Source of the DNA: Camelus ferus
Lineage: Eukaryota
NCBI RefSeq assembly: GCF_009834535.1
Contig: NC_045696.1
Location: forward strand, 87,918,001-87,982,000
Reading direction: 5' to 3'
Length of the DNA: 64,000 bases
In this document: one piece after another, positions 26,473 through 40,099 of the stretch
Numbering within the stretch: the stretch's first letter is position 1
Layout: each line of letters starts with the position of its first letter
Position numbers and translations under genes: made by a program
The notes under the pieces: generated by a model
What the model was told of the DNA's origin: nothing
The model's database searches: none
The model's input: only the letters and a program-made list of their open reading frames with translations

Positions 26473-29400
26473 CTGATGTAGGAGACTATTAGAAAAGTCC
26501 TAATTGATTCTGATACCAAGACACTGACTCTTTGCCTTTGATTTAGGCACTTCTTGACTAAAGATAAGAATGTGTTTAAAAAGTCAGGGTCAAGAGAATA
26601 TATGTAAGTGGGAAAATCAGCTGCAATGAGAAAGAGGAGAAACCTATTTTGTAATGGTTAGTCTTGAACACATTTCTATTCATCTTTGTTTTGATTCTGT
26701 GTTTGGTCTACTGTTAGACTATGAATAACCTTGAAAATAGTAACTATAGGTATTCTTTACAGCTCATTCAACAAATAAATATTGAGTGACTATTACAGTC
26801 ATAGGATTGGAAAAGGATGTGTACCAAAATACACAATTGAGCCTCTTGTCTACCAAGATGATTTAGAATCTAATAAGGGAGATACTACTTATATTCAAAT
26901 AACTTCAAATCAAGTAGGAACATAAAAGAGAAATGAAAATGCTGCATGAATTCAAAGGAACAAAGCTCACATCCCAGCAGAGATACTGAAATGCCTCATG
27001 GAGGCAGAACTAATTGAATCATAAAGGGTGGGTAAGATTTCAAAAAACAGAAATGAAGGAAAAGATGAATAAAAAGCACGTGCAAAGGAAGAGGAGTCAA
27101 AAACTCCAAGAACTAGTTTTTTGGAAGTAGTACAGAGTAAGAAAAACTCCTTAAAGGAGAAATTGGAAGGTGAGGCTGAAAAGCAAGCTACCTAATAAAC
27201 TCAGTTAAAATAAAAGGCCTGATTCTGATTAAGAAACTGAAGAGCTTAGCATAGGTCTAAATGTGAGTTGGTGCAGATCAATTCCCTAATTCCTCTATAA
27301 TTAGAACTTGTCTGAGAGTTTATTAAACACAAATCATGACATGGACATTGTGCCAGATATTTAGAGAAACTAAGTATTTTCAGTACAGAGGAGCCTCGTT
27401 GCTTGCACAAAATGATTTCACAAACAAACACAATGTCCCCCAGTTCTCCAGCAATAATACTGCTAAAATATTTCCAAAAATATATTATAAATATAGCTAT
27501 TGCAACAGAGAGGCACTGCTGAACTGATTTGTAACACATGGGTTAACAACTGGTTCATTCCTCATGGTGTTTACACACAGAAACTGTGAAGAACATGAAC
27601 GTATGGCATTAAGCCCTTTGTCACCTAGTTTTCATGCTGTAAGAAATTTTAAATTGTCATGTAAACTGGTTTTGAAAAGGAATTTATGTACAGACTGATT
27701 ACAAAAGAAAAGTGAGGTGCATAAAGCAATAAAACAAGATGGTTTTGCAGGTAGCCCTGAGAAAGATAAAGGAAACAGGTCAAATAAATCTTGGCTTCCT
27801 GCATTAGGTAAAAGATGGGAAGAGAGGTAATGACAAAGCCAGAGGAGTCTATTCTGCCATATTTGCATGAAATTCTGAAGAACAGAACTGAAATCCAACA
27901 AGTTGGTGTTGCAGGAAGAGCCTTTGAGAGATTCTCTTGGTAAACTGGAAAGTCTGTCTAATCAGGATAAACGGAATACAATTTTTCCGTAAATCTTAAG
28001 GTGATTTGGGTTTTCTTCCCACCTCTCAAGCACAGAAATACTCTGATTTTTCTGAGACAGTGATCAGACCCAGAAGGCATAAATCAGTAACATTAAGTCA
28101 CAATCACTCTTTACCATTTTATTGGGGTCAAGATAAAATCATACCCAATGAATAAAATAAATGTGGTAAAACCATAGAGATACAGCAGTCAGAAGGAAGT
28201 TACGTACTTCAGTTTTCCTCCATGTAAAATGTTAGTTTGACAGTAGTAGAACCTCATTTCTGAGTTATTTGGGTATTACTAATTTATCTTATTTTAAAAA
28301 AACTCATCTGTGATGTCTTTTTGTTACAGCAACATCAACATTTTACACTTACAATTCCTAGTTATAAAAGATTTCCTGTATCATATTTTTTAAGTTCTTA
28401 TGGAAGGATAATCTACTGAGTTATTATTTGCATTTAATTCTCTTTGTATTTTTCTTTCTTTTCCATTTTAAGAAGTTGGCTGGCTTTGAACTCTATAGTT
28501 CAAAGTTCATTATGCTCAAAGACCTGTTAGTTCACTAGGAGATCCATCTTTCCTTTTTCCCAGGCAATAATTAAGTGCTCTAGGCCTTTTATTTATGGTA
28601 TTCAAGTTGCTGAGTTAATAGGAGAAATATGTATTGCTAGTTATTAGGAAATAATCAGTTAGTCACTAATTTGCCATAAGATAGACAATTTGTAAATTCC
28701 TGGATCTCAGTTTTCTTGATTGCAGCAAAAGTCAATGTATGTTTGCTAACATCTCTCCTAGATGTTATACTCAAATTCTTTGATTTTTACAGTAACCAAA
28801 GCAAACCAATCTACTATAAGAAGCTCTGAAGAAGCAGCCTTAGAAATTGAAGATATGGAAGAGTCTGTCCATTTTATGACATAAAAATGTGATTTTTCTC
28901 CAATATCTGATGATCCTCCAACACATCTAAGGACCTCAGCATTACTTTTATTTTTATAATCACTATTTCCCCATGTAACACATTCAACCATATTTTGTAT
29001 TTAAAAGTATTAAGGGGTAGATAGAATGTGGCAGGAAAAGTTATCCAAAAGTTGGAAATAAGGTAGAATGATGAGGATGAGGATTTTTCAATACTATGAT
29101 ATAGCACCTACTAATAATGCCACCTTACTAATTATTTTTACTCTTGAGGAAATGTAACTTTGTGTGACTTACTATCCATAAGTGATTCAGGCCTAAGCAT
29201 TTTACAGCCCAATAAAGACAGGGGTTAGTTTATATGAAATTGATGAACGGTGATCTTTTTCCCTTGCCTGGTAGAGAAAATAATGTCAAAGTTTATGGAT
29301 GCATTGTCCTATAGGATATACACCTATTTCATCATCCTTGGCCTCACTGATTATAAATTCCAGTTCCTCATAGCCTCTTCACATCATTATCTTATCATTC

Positions 29401-30143
29401 TATATGTTACCTCATTCAGGAGTTAATAAAACTTTAACCCATGTTGGTTATCTGTTTGTATGAGATTATGTTTTAAACAATTGGAAAACTATGCTTTCAG
29501 AAGTGGGATATTCCTGGAAAGAATAACTACTTTCTTCACGAAAGCACCAACAAAGCCCCCTTTAGGTCAATTCTCTACATTTTTAAAGCTCCACTTTGTT
29601 AAAAATAAGTTTAATAGATGGCACTGATCACATTTCCAAGTGTTTCGTAATCACGGAATTCAGTTTCTCACTCTCTTTACTTCTCTAGAACAGAGTTTAC
29701 CTTTATACAAAAGTCTTTTAATTTCCAAGAGAACTGGCCATTCCTTCTCCCCTTAGCTTAAATTGAAACAAAGAGCAAATCTTGACAATTCACCCATTAT
29801 AACAGTATCTCTTCATTTTTTATTTAACAGAAAACAGCTTGTTGCCTTAACAGTAAAGAATGAAGTGACAGAAAATAAATGAGTTTCTATATTTAAAGTA
29901 AGCATTTTGTTGCCAGAGCAACCAGAATCTCCAATTATATAACGCAGATAATTGCCTATCATAAGAACAAACAGAAATGTGCTAGCAAATGAACAGATCT
30001 TGGAATTTATAATTAATGAAAGAAATGAAAAAAAATGACATTTTACTATTAACTGGAGTACAATAAAATCTGAAAGTGATAATCTGTTCCTGTTATTTTT
30101 ATACTAACAAAAATGAAAACAATTTTTTTCAATATGCTTTTAG

Positions 30144-30243
30144 ACATAGAGGAGATGAATATGAAAACATAGGGGACCCCAGAAGGAAATTACAAATACT
30201 TCTTAAGATCAGCCACATCTATCACTTGGCAAAAGTTGCCAAG
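30144..30243 (+). other. Candidate 100-nt internal exon on the plus strand
   Basis: TACTAAC branch point (30102-30108), T-rich tract, first downstream AG at 30142-30143, donor AAG|gtaact. One open frame HRGDEYENIGDPRRKLQILLKISHIYHLAKVAK. No homolog recognised. Confidence 0.3.
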
Positions 30244-31059
30244 GTAACTCCCAGTTTTGCTGCCAATAAAGTTGACTCTGGCCTTCATTTTACTTTAAAT
30301 TTTGGATATGTGAAACAACAGCCATGATCAAATTACTAGAAGTATGTGCATGAATAATGACTAGTAATGAGATTTTCAATTGAGATTGATCTAACACTTG
30401 TTAAAACTTGCTAGTGTGATGTGGACATTGGTTTTATTGTCAAGTTTTTAAAATTTTGTTTTAGTTACTTTTTTTTTAATATCTTTAACTCTTTTTTTAA
30501 AAAAGGACTTTCATTTTCTTTTTTTATTTTAATATCAAGTTGAATGAACAAATTCAAGTTTCCAGTTATGGCTAAGGGCTATATATTCTATTATAGTCCT
30601 GGTCAGATATAAAGGTACAAAGTATAATGTTATTCATTTTAACTACTTTGAAAAATTCTTTTCTTCAAATTTCCCTCTTAGTACCTTTGTTGAAATGTAT
30701 AACTTGGCATTAGAACAGTTTAGAAATTGCTCAAGATCCAAAGCAAGATTAAAGTCAAACATCAAGTTTGTACTTAATGTCAATTATATAATACTTGTAA
30801 CATCATTTTCAGGGCAAAAATTGGTGACTCAATCTATGGGAAGTGTTTCAGTTTTGTTTCTTCCCAAATGCTTTACTGACTACATTAAAAACACTGATTT
30901 GCAGGTGCTTAGTAAAATGTTCTGCTGCTTAATTTATTGAAAATATTCTGTGGCTTCCACTTGGGAAGTGAAATACACTTCACACACAGAAGAAATTTTA
31001 AAAAGAAACGCAAATCTTCTCCTCCTCCTCTTCCTCCCCTTTATAAACAATCAAAGGCC

Positions 31060-32765
31060 AGCCCAATATGATGAAGCCAAACCAAGTATATATCTACACA
31101 GAATGAAGAAAGAGGGAGGTGGCAGAGTGACTTGGAGCAGGGTTAAGAACCCAGGGGTATGAGCAGAGAATCTACACAGCTGGAGGCTTGAAGTGGAGAC
31201 TGTGAGAGCCGAGAAAGCAAAGGAAGGCTTCTGTATTGGTGGGCAACCCAGCACTGGGTTTCAGTGCATGAGCAAGCTGAGGAGGGTATCCACACAAGTC
31301 AGTGACATGAAGTGTCGGAACCAAAAGAGTGTGAGGAAGACATTCAATTAAAGTGGGAGCTGGGAACTGGTAGTGCGTGCCAGAGTCCAAGCTAGTTGGA
31401 GCCAGTCTCCACCAAGGGGCATCCATGGAGTCAGTGTGGGTGGGGAGGGGTTTTGTTCACGTGAGACTGGTAGGAGATGGGACACATACAAGGTTGAACT
31501 TGATGTATTAAACTTAACGGGAGCAAGTTTCTTGTTGGAAAAAGATTATAAATATGGAAAAGGAGAAACTGAGAATGAACTCTGGAGTGTTAAATTGCAT
31601 TGGATATACTGATGGAAATATGACTTTTTAAGTATAGAAATATACATATAGAGAGAGATAGAAATATAGGTATGAATATGTGAGTGTGTGTGTGTGTATA
31701 CTGGTCAAATTAGGTCAATTTTTGTTTAAAAATAAATTATAATAACAGACTATAAGCCATTGGATAAAATAGGAAATCATTCATCAAGATTATTTTCTTA
31801 AAACCAATTTAACTAAGGTCAGTTAGACAATATAACATAAGCTGACTGATATGTTTCTTACTACAAATTTGACTTTTTTATACAGTCTATTTTTATATCC
31901 TGTTTTTGCATCAATATATCTATTTTAACATTCAGTAGTTGAACACCACTATATATGATTTTTTAAGACATAGGGTTTATTTAAAGTTAAGAATTTTTTT
32001 GTATACTTGACTAGTGATTCATGAATAAATGAATCAATTGAATTTGATGACACATAGGGTATTTATATACTTTCAAAGCACCTCCTTATGAAATACATAT
32101 TCATTATAAAGAGGGAAAGGTGTGACTTTACAGAGGAGAAGCCTGGCAAACAGCACAGAGATCAAATGATCAAAGTGAATGTCGTCAGTGATGGGACAAG
32201 TGGAAATTATGCACCACGACTGATGGAGTGAGAAGAATATGGTATTGCTTCTAAAATGCCCCTGCCAAAACGCATAACCTGACTTTAATTATTAGGGAAA
32301 ATCAGCAAACTCAAATTTGCAGGACATTCTACAACGTAACTGGCTGTACGCTTCCGAAGTATCGAGGTCATGAAAGTCAAAGGTTGAGAGACTGTTCCAC
32401 AGAGGAGACAACCAAATACAAAGTGTGGACTGCATCATTTTGTTTCAGAAGATACAGTGGGGATGATTAGTGAAACTTGAACAGGGTCTGACAATTAGGT
32501 GGCATCAGGTATCAACACTGTTACCCTGATTTTGGTGGCTTTATTGCAGTGTGTGGGAGAATGTCTTTGTAGGAAACACACACTACAACATATGGAAATG
32601 ATGGGACATAATAAGGTCAGCAACTTAGTCTCAAATGGTTTAGAAGAAAAAAAGTCTTTTACTTGCATGAAAATTAAGTCCCCTTAATTTTACTTGCAAC
32701 TTTCCTGTAAGTTTGAGATTTTCAAAATATAAACATCATATTTTTTAAAAATTTCAAAATAAAAA
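31060..32765 (+). mobile_element. Old L1 (L1MC-type) 3' UTR, interrupted by a templated insertion
   Basis: ccattggataaaatagga...aaagcacctcc...gactttacagaggagaagcctggcaaac...atgatcaaagtgaatgtc...gacattctacaacgtaactggc...cttgcaactttcctgtaagtttgagatt. Confidence 0.85.
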
Positions 32766-33560
32766 GAGCAATTACTCCTACCTTCCTTTAACTCCTCTCC
32801 CTACTTCATTCTATCACCAAAATTCTAACACTATAAAAGTGTTGCCTCTTAGCTTCATGATAGGAAACATGCTTTAATTACCTATATATTAAGAGTAAAA
32901 TTTAATACATTGAGTCCATATCCTTTATCTTTTCATTTTTTAGTGTTATAAACCATAGGTGTTATTTTTACATTATCTCTTGAAGCTCTTAGAAAAATGT
33001 TTTTTAAAAACAGAAATCATTGAAACAAAATATAGTACAGAACTCCAGGGTACAAAATGTGTACCAATGGAATAGTATGTTTTTATTGATGCTACAAATA
33101 GAAATTCATCATAATTGACCTTCCTACAATATTTTGAGAAAACTCCTTGTAAAAAGAAATACTGTTAGGATCAAAATGTTTTGAGAACAGTCACTAATTT
33201 CTACAGAATAAAGGCAACTTTTAGGGCAAAATGTTGAAAGGGTTTGACTCATTTGTGAAGACAAATTTATAATGATGAATTGGATTTTTTAAAAATCAAG
33301 GATAATTATCATTTCATGCAATTCAAACACTGCATCAAAATTATTTTCTTAAAACCAATTTAACATAAGGTCAGTTAGACAATAACATAAGCTGACTGAT
33401 ATGTTTCTTACTACAAATTTGATTTTATACAGTCTATTTTTATATCCTGTTTTTGCATCAATATATCTGTTTTAACATTCAGTAGTTGAAAACCACTATA
33501 GATGATTTTTTAAGACATAGGGTTTATTTAAAGTTAAGAATTTTTTTGTGTACTTGACTA
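31782..33560 (+). repeat. Non-tandem direct duplication of ~230 bp (31782-32013 and 33333-33560)
   Basis: catcaa(g/a)attattttcttaaaaccaatttaac...gacatagggtttatttaaagttaagaattttttg...acttgacta is present twice with only a few substitutions and indels. Confidence 0.97.
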
Positions 33561-33865
33561 TGTATTTTTAATACTTCTACTTCATAAGAATATTCTTTGA
33601 TATGCCAAGATGGAAATTTTATTATGAGAAATGTGCATTTCCTCTATGTTTAAAATAGCAACTATTCAGCTCACTTTCATGACTCAATACAATTACAAGG
33701 TGAAAATGGCACGTACACTGAGGTGGGTCCATTCAGTTCAGTATGTGGGGTGGAAATACATGCTCTGCTCACAGCCTTTACTTCTAATAAAGGGCACAAC
33801 AGATACAAATAAAAATATACTGTGTAAATAAATATTTTTATATAAAGAAGCTGAACTTTCCAGCC

Positions 33866-34238
33866 CTTTTTAAGGCTGAATACTATTCCAATTTATGTAT
33901 ATACCCCATTTTGAATGAACCTGGGGGATATTATGCTATGTGACATAAGCCAGTCACAGAAAGACACTGTCTTATTCCAATTATGTGAGGTATCTAAAAT
34001 AGTCAGATTCACAGAATCAAAGAATGGAATGGAGGTTGCAAGGGGCTAGGGGTAAGGGGAAGGAGGGAGTTACCAATCAACAGGCATGAAGTTTCAGTGC
34101 AGCAGGATGAGTAAGCCCTAGGGCTCTGCTGTATAACTTTGTACCTACGGTCAGTGATAATGTATTGTATATCTCCTTCAAAGTTTGTTGAGAGTAAATC
34201 TCATGTTAAGCACTCTTAACCCTTTTTTACAAAAAAAT
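33866..34238 (+). mobile_element. L1MA/MB-type 3' end with 5' inversion
   Basis: 33866-33912 is reverse-orientation L1 (tttttaaggctgaatactattcc...tataccccatttt), abutting forward L1 (gaatgaacctgggggatattatgcta...ataagccagtcacagaaagaca...). Confidence 0.8.
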
Positions 34239-35321
34239 GTATTGTGGTAACAGTGAGCTTGTGTTAATTCTACAGGTATTTTTCCAAACATAATTTGCCA
34301 ATTGGTGCCAGCAAATTTGATCATCTTTATTATAATCCCACTTAGATAGTTTAAAAAAAAAATCGGATTTCTTTCAAGTCATCTAATGTTAGTATTCCAG
34401 GTGTGTGTGTGTGACGGGGCAGAGGGAAGGGTAACTCTTCAGACATAATATTTCTGATGTTATTTATCTGTGAACATGCCAAAGCCTTACTTTTCTCACT
34501 AGTGTAATCTGATTATTAACTCATTAGTGATTTATGAATTAATCAATTCATAATTCATTTGCCTATTCCACTCCTTTAAGAACAGTAACTGTTACCTGTT
34601 AAGAAAGTATCAGGACTAGTACTTGAGAGTAAGGAATTGCTGAAATCAGAAGTGTGCAAGTGCAGTAACATTCTGACAAAAGCACTTGCCTTTCAGTGAG
34701 TTGAGATTAACACAAACATAAAAGAATTGCCTCTTGCCAACTTTATTTGGAAAGCCCAGGCATCCATGTGTGATGGAATAAATTTAAAAGTCCAGATGAC
34801 GCAGGAGATACTTGGAATGACGGGCCAGAGCATTCAGTTAGCCTTCAAATTGATTTCCTCACACATGGATGACCATTTAGCTTAAATGGGAAGAGAGAAA
34901 CACAACTCATCTACAAATATGTCCAAGAAATATTTGGTTTGGTTTCAGAAAATAGGATTTTTTTTTCCTTAGGCTCAACTGATTTGCCTGGCATTCTTTA
35001 AAACAAGTACTCATTCATCTTACTTTTACAACAGTAGATCTGGTATTAGATGGTCTGACGTTGGATTCACATAGGACAGTAAAACAAATTTTAAGTAGCA
35101 GATACGGATATTCTTAATAATTGGTACATTAAAAAATAAAAACCTTTAAAACACGACAAACAACCAAGCAAACAAACAATATGCTTAAAAATGCATTTTT
35201 TCAGGATTGCATTCTTCCTAATGAATTGCTGTGTTGATACAATTTAACAAAAAGATTAATTTCCTTTGTGCACCTTCTGGGTCAGCCTATTCAATGTAGC
35301 TTGTTTTTGAGGCTTATTTCT

Positions 35322-35535
35322 CTTTTTTTTAAATTGAAGTATAGTCAGTTTACAATGTTGTGTAAATTTCTGGTGTACAAAATAATGTTTCAGTCAGACA
35401 TGTACATACATATATTCTTTTTCATTATAGGTTACTGTAAGATATTGAATATAGTTCCCTATGCTATACATAAGGAACTTGTTATCTATTATATATGTAG
35501 TAGTTAGTATCTGCCAATCTCAAACTCCTGATTTC
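35322..35535 (-). mobile_element. Short young L1 3' end (camelid-type)
   Basis: T-tract then aaattgaagtatagtcagtttacaatgttgtgtaaatttctggtgtaca...gatattgaatatagttccctatgctataca...aatctcaaactcc. Confidence 0.9.
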
Positions 35536-36029
35536 TATTTTTTTTTTAAATCAACTGTGGATGCTTTATTTTCTCACGTATCTAAAATCAACTTCAAATT
35601 GTAGCAAGACCAGAAAAATACTTCATTGTGGTATAGGGCATCTAGAAATCATGCCATATATTCGCATGACTTTTAAGGCTAGGTTTTACCACTAGTTAGT
35701 TTTAGGAAGGCATTTTTCTACACATTGCAGTTTATTACCATCCCTTTTATGTAGGGGATTCTTTTCAAGAATAATTTGACCTGTAGTTTCTTTTACTGTT
35801 CCCTGGTGTATTTCGGATATTGTATTGTCCAATGTGAATGCAATTTCAGACGATCTGATCTAGTGTCGTAAAATTAAGATGAGTGAATACTTCCTTTTAA
35901 AGCATGTCGGGCAAATCAGTTAAACCAAAGAAAAAAATTATTCTTCCTGAAACAGGAACAATATTCCAGAAAAATATGTTTTTGTATGATGATCTTATTT
36001 TTTAAGCTTTTCTGTGGTTTCTTCACTTT

Positions 36030-36285
36030 ATTTTTTCCTCAAGTTTTACTGAGATATAATTGACATACAGCACTGTCTAACGTGTACAGCATAATGATTT
36101 GATTTATGGATATTATGAAATGATTGCCACAATAAATTTAGTGACCATCATATAGATGTGAAATTTAGATAAAATGATTTCCTTGTGATGAAAACTCTTA
36201 GGACTTATTCTCTTAACAACTTTTACATACAACATACAGTGATGTTCATTATATTACTTATGTTGTACATAACATCCCTAGTACT
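36030..36285 (-). mobile_element. L1 3' end fragment
   Basis: ttttactgagatataattgacatacagcactg...ccttgtgatgaaaactcttagga...tgttgtacataacatccctagtact. Confidence 0.85.
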
Positions 36286-37544
36286 ATTGGATAAGGTCCA
36301 TTGGATACGAAGCTGAGTTCATTATTACAACTCAAGGACATGATAAGGAAGGTACCCTCACATAAATTCACTGTCCAGTGAGAACAACTGAAGACAGTGT
36401 GCAGACATCCCTCACATCTTAGACATATAGATAGAAAACTGAGAGCTCAGTTGAGAATCAAGAGATATACTATGTGGTCCCAATTTTCTACTTTTAAATT
36501 TTGTGACTATCCAGTAATCATTTGAATTCTATGAACCACAGCTTTCTCATCTCTAAAAACAACAATAGCTGTAAGCATAATGAGAGGCAAAATCCAAAAT
36601 ATGTATGTGTAGGCACACCCATAATTTATTCTACCTGGCTAATGAAAATCTAGGTTCAACTATGCTTTGCACATAGTAATGTGAGATTGTAGAAGGAATG
36701 CTTAAATTATTACATTAGACGTAAGCATGAAATTCTACTCAGGGTAATTTTTGAGAGCCTTTTATGTATGATCAAAGCTCCAAGATTTAAAGTATGCAGA
36801 GCTACCCTTCAGTTCTCTATGTCCAGTTGGGCTTAGATGAGAAATTTCTAATAGCTACTAATGTCTCTTTTTAATCATCTCTGCTTTTAAAATCTCTCTA
36901 TGTCTAATCCATTTTAATTTCCTCATTAAAGTTGTGCTTTTAGAATGTACAATTATAATCAAATGATTTTACTTTCACCCAACAAGGGCCCTCTCTTTGT
37001 ACTGATTGTGCAAAGATTATGTTCTATTTAATTTTTTCTTCCTGACATATAATAGTACTGGGTAATTTTAAATTAAATTAATAAATATCTTCCTTTTAGG
37101 TAGAGAAAATTTCACATAGAAGAGAATGAATGAATGAATAAGCAAGCACGGCACTAGGTTTGTCATTAATCAATCTCTTTTGAAAACTACCTCCTTGGCT
37201 TATAAAACTGTGTTATAGCTTATTTTGTGCCTATTTCTACCACTGTTCTCTTCTTACAAGCCAGGTTTGTACCTTAAACAAAACTCTTTATGTTCCCAAT
37301 GCTTCCCCTTTAATAGTTACAGAAATTTTTCAGTAAGACAGAAGCAAAAGAGTAATAATAAATATATATTCCACTCAAAATAGATATGCCTTGCAGTGAG
37401 CATAAAATGGAAATTATGACTGCCATCTCTGCTTACCTTTAAAAATACGAGCATCTCACAGTGCACAGGATTATTCTATTGCTAAATACACATAGTTTTT
37501 GTACAACATGGTCCCTAAACGTAAGCAATAGCCAAGATAATGTT

Positions 37545-37951
37545 ACATAGTTACCAGATCATTTAAATATCTTCCTGAGCAGACAATAAGACTACATATC
37601 TCAAACCCTACTGCATGCACAGAGGATCATGTGACAGTTCTGGATAATGCAGTGAGAGTGGAAGGGATGAAGGCCAATTCCAGGCTGGCCCTTAACACAT
37701 CCCCTCAATGCTCTGTGCCCTTTCATCTCTCATTCTGTCAAAATGATAACATCTGAGTCACCTAAAAGCCACAAAATGGTAAGATGGTATGGCCTCAAGA
37801 TGGAAGCAACCTGGGTCACCTGAGTCACCACTTGGAACAGGGCCACCAACCCAACATTGGATTATAACACAAGCAAAAATAAACTTTGCTTTAAGCCACT
37901 GCGATTTTAAGGCTATTTGCTAACAAAAGGGTAGCCTAGCCTAATGAAAAC
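37545..37951 (+). mobile_element. MaLR MLT1-type LTR
   Basis: aagactacatatctc...gatcatgtgacagttctgg...gatggaagcaacctgggtc...aaataaactttgctttaagccactgcgatttt. Confidence 0.8.
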
Positions 37952-38614
37952 ATGGGCCAACTAAGCAAACTGGAACTCCCCGAAAGAAACAACCAAATGT
38001 TTGAATGTTGAAAGAAACTAAGATCAATAGTACATTCCTTCCTATGGGACTTTAAAGGATAGCTTTCACTTTGTTCCTCACTAATCAAACTTAGATGCTG
38101 TGCTAAAAGCCGGAAGACAGAGGTTTCCAGCGCTGTCATATATGGTCTCTATTTCTCTAGGCTTCAATTTCCTCACCTGTTAAAATGAAAAGATTGTGCA
38201 AGATAATCTCTACTGTTCATTCTAAGTCTATAATCTATAACAGTAAACTTATCTAAAATATATTATCACCTATGTTTTGTATAAGTAATGAGATTTATAT
38301 AAAAAAAAAGCCAAGAGATTTGTAAAATCTCAATTTCTCTTATCAAGAAAACTAAGCCAAGTTATACTTCATGTTTTGAAACAGTTTTATGAAGCTCTCA
38401 GTAATATGAAAATGTGTGTGTTATTAAAGATTTAAGGAAGTTTAAATAATATGCCAATTTTGAACGTGAACTTGCTGTAGGGATAAATATAAGCTTTCTC
38501 CAAAAATAGGTTGAGTATCAAAATTGGCTACACCCATTTAATACATTATCTAACATATTCAAAATCATAGAAATCATAAAAATATGTTTTATAGCAGGGG
38601 AAAGGGAAGAATAC

Positions 38615-38862
38615 AAAGTGGTTGAGGTACTAGACTGTGGATATAGACTGTATGAGCTGCTTAGCCCTGCTCTAACCAGTGATGTGACCTTGGCCAAGCT
38701 ACTTTACCTCACTCTGCCTTAGTGTCCACAACTGTAAACTGGGAAGATTAATAAAATCTGCTTCACAGGGTGGTCATTGTGTGCATTAAATAAGTGGACA
38801 TATGTAAAATACTTCAATCAGTGCCTGCATATAGTTAGAGCAATATGAGTTCGCTATTATTA
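38615..38862 (+). mobile_element. MIR SINE
   Basis: gtgaccttggccaagctactttacctcactctgccttagtgtccacaactgtaaactggg...cagtgcctgcatatagttagagcaata. Confidence 0.85.
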
Positions 38863-40099
38863 TGCACTGAATTTATATTGAAAGTAAATTCCTTCCTTAT
38901 TTAATTCAAATAGCTTTGATATGCAACACAGTTATAAAGTTAGAAAGATTTAAGGTAATTTGACTTAATGTTATTTTCCAGTGCTACCAAAAGCTACAAA
39001 TTATTCATTATTCATTCAAATTATTCATTGACACTCTGTAAATCTCTCTAGCTTAGTATATCAATAACATTAGGCTAATTCAAATTAAGATTCTCTCATT
39101 AAAACTTATATTTGGGCATAAAGCTAAAGAGCTATCAATATGAATATTTCCAAGATGAGAAAAAGGTGACAACTTGAACTTTAGGGTTTAATACAGTGTA
39201 GCAACACTTTCAGAAAAGGATCAAAATATTTGCTTAGCTCAAAATGTATATGATTTTATCAAATTATTAATTTAAAACAATTTTATGTCAAGCACTAAGG
39301 ACACATAACTAAAACTCAAGATTTTTTTGAGATCAAACCAATGTGTGTAAATAAACATAATACCAAGGGATAGGAAGTCGAAAGTTGAATAAAACAAGTT
39401 AGGGAGAAGTTAGCTGAGACTGTTTGAGGAAGACAATGCACAAACATTTTTAGAGTGCCAGACTCAAGGCTAACAACATTAACTCACTTCAAAGATGTCA
39501 CATGGACAACTATTTCTCACTGTATGGCAAACTAGATAACCTAAAAACTCCCTTTATCAAAAACCTGGAAGCACTGGTTAAGATATAACAAAGATGCTTT
39601 AAAAAGTGAAGCTCAAAAAGAAGAAAGGCAAGTCCCCAAAGCCCCCAAATTAAGTAGAATCTGAACACTAAAGTTGGCATTTATGTATTAGTGGAAAGTT
39701 CCACTCCTGCAGAGAAAGCAAGGTAACTAGATCTAGGGCATTTGTAAAGAACTGGGGAATCAAAATGCTCACTTTATGTGAAGAATTCAAAGGGCTACAT
39801 ATTCAGTGAAAAGATGGAGAAGAATAAACTTATCATCAAGCCAAGGAGAAGAGGAAGTTTATCTGTCAGGCCAGTGAGCTCTGAAGGAAAAGGAAGCAAT
39901 GAAGAGAGAGGAGGGTAAAGACAAAAAGAAGGAAAGAAAAAAAGGGGGGAACATCAAAAAAAAAAAAAAAGAGGGAGAGAGAGACTTCACAGAGAAAGAG
40001 GAACCACAGAGGTACTATCATATAAGTTTAGGGGTTCAGATTTATATGACTCGCCTTGTCATAAAAGATCTAAGCTGAGAAATCATCATTAAAATGCTT

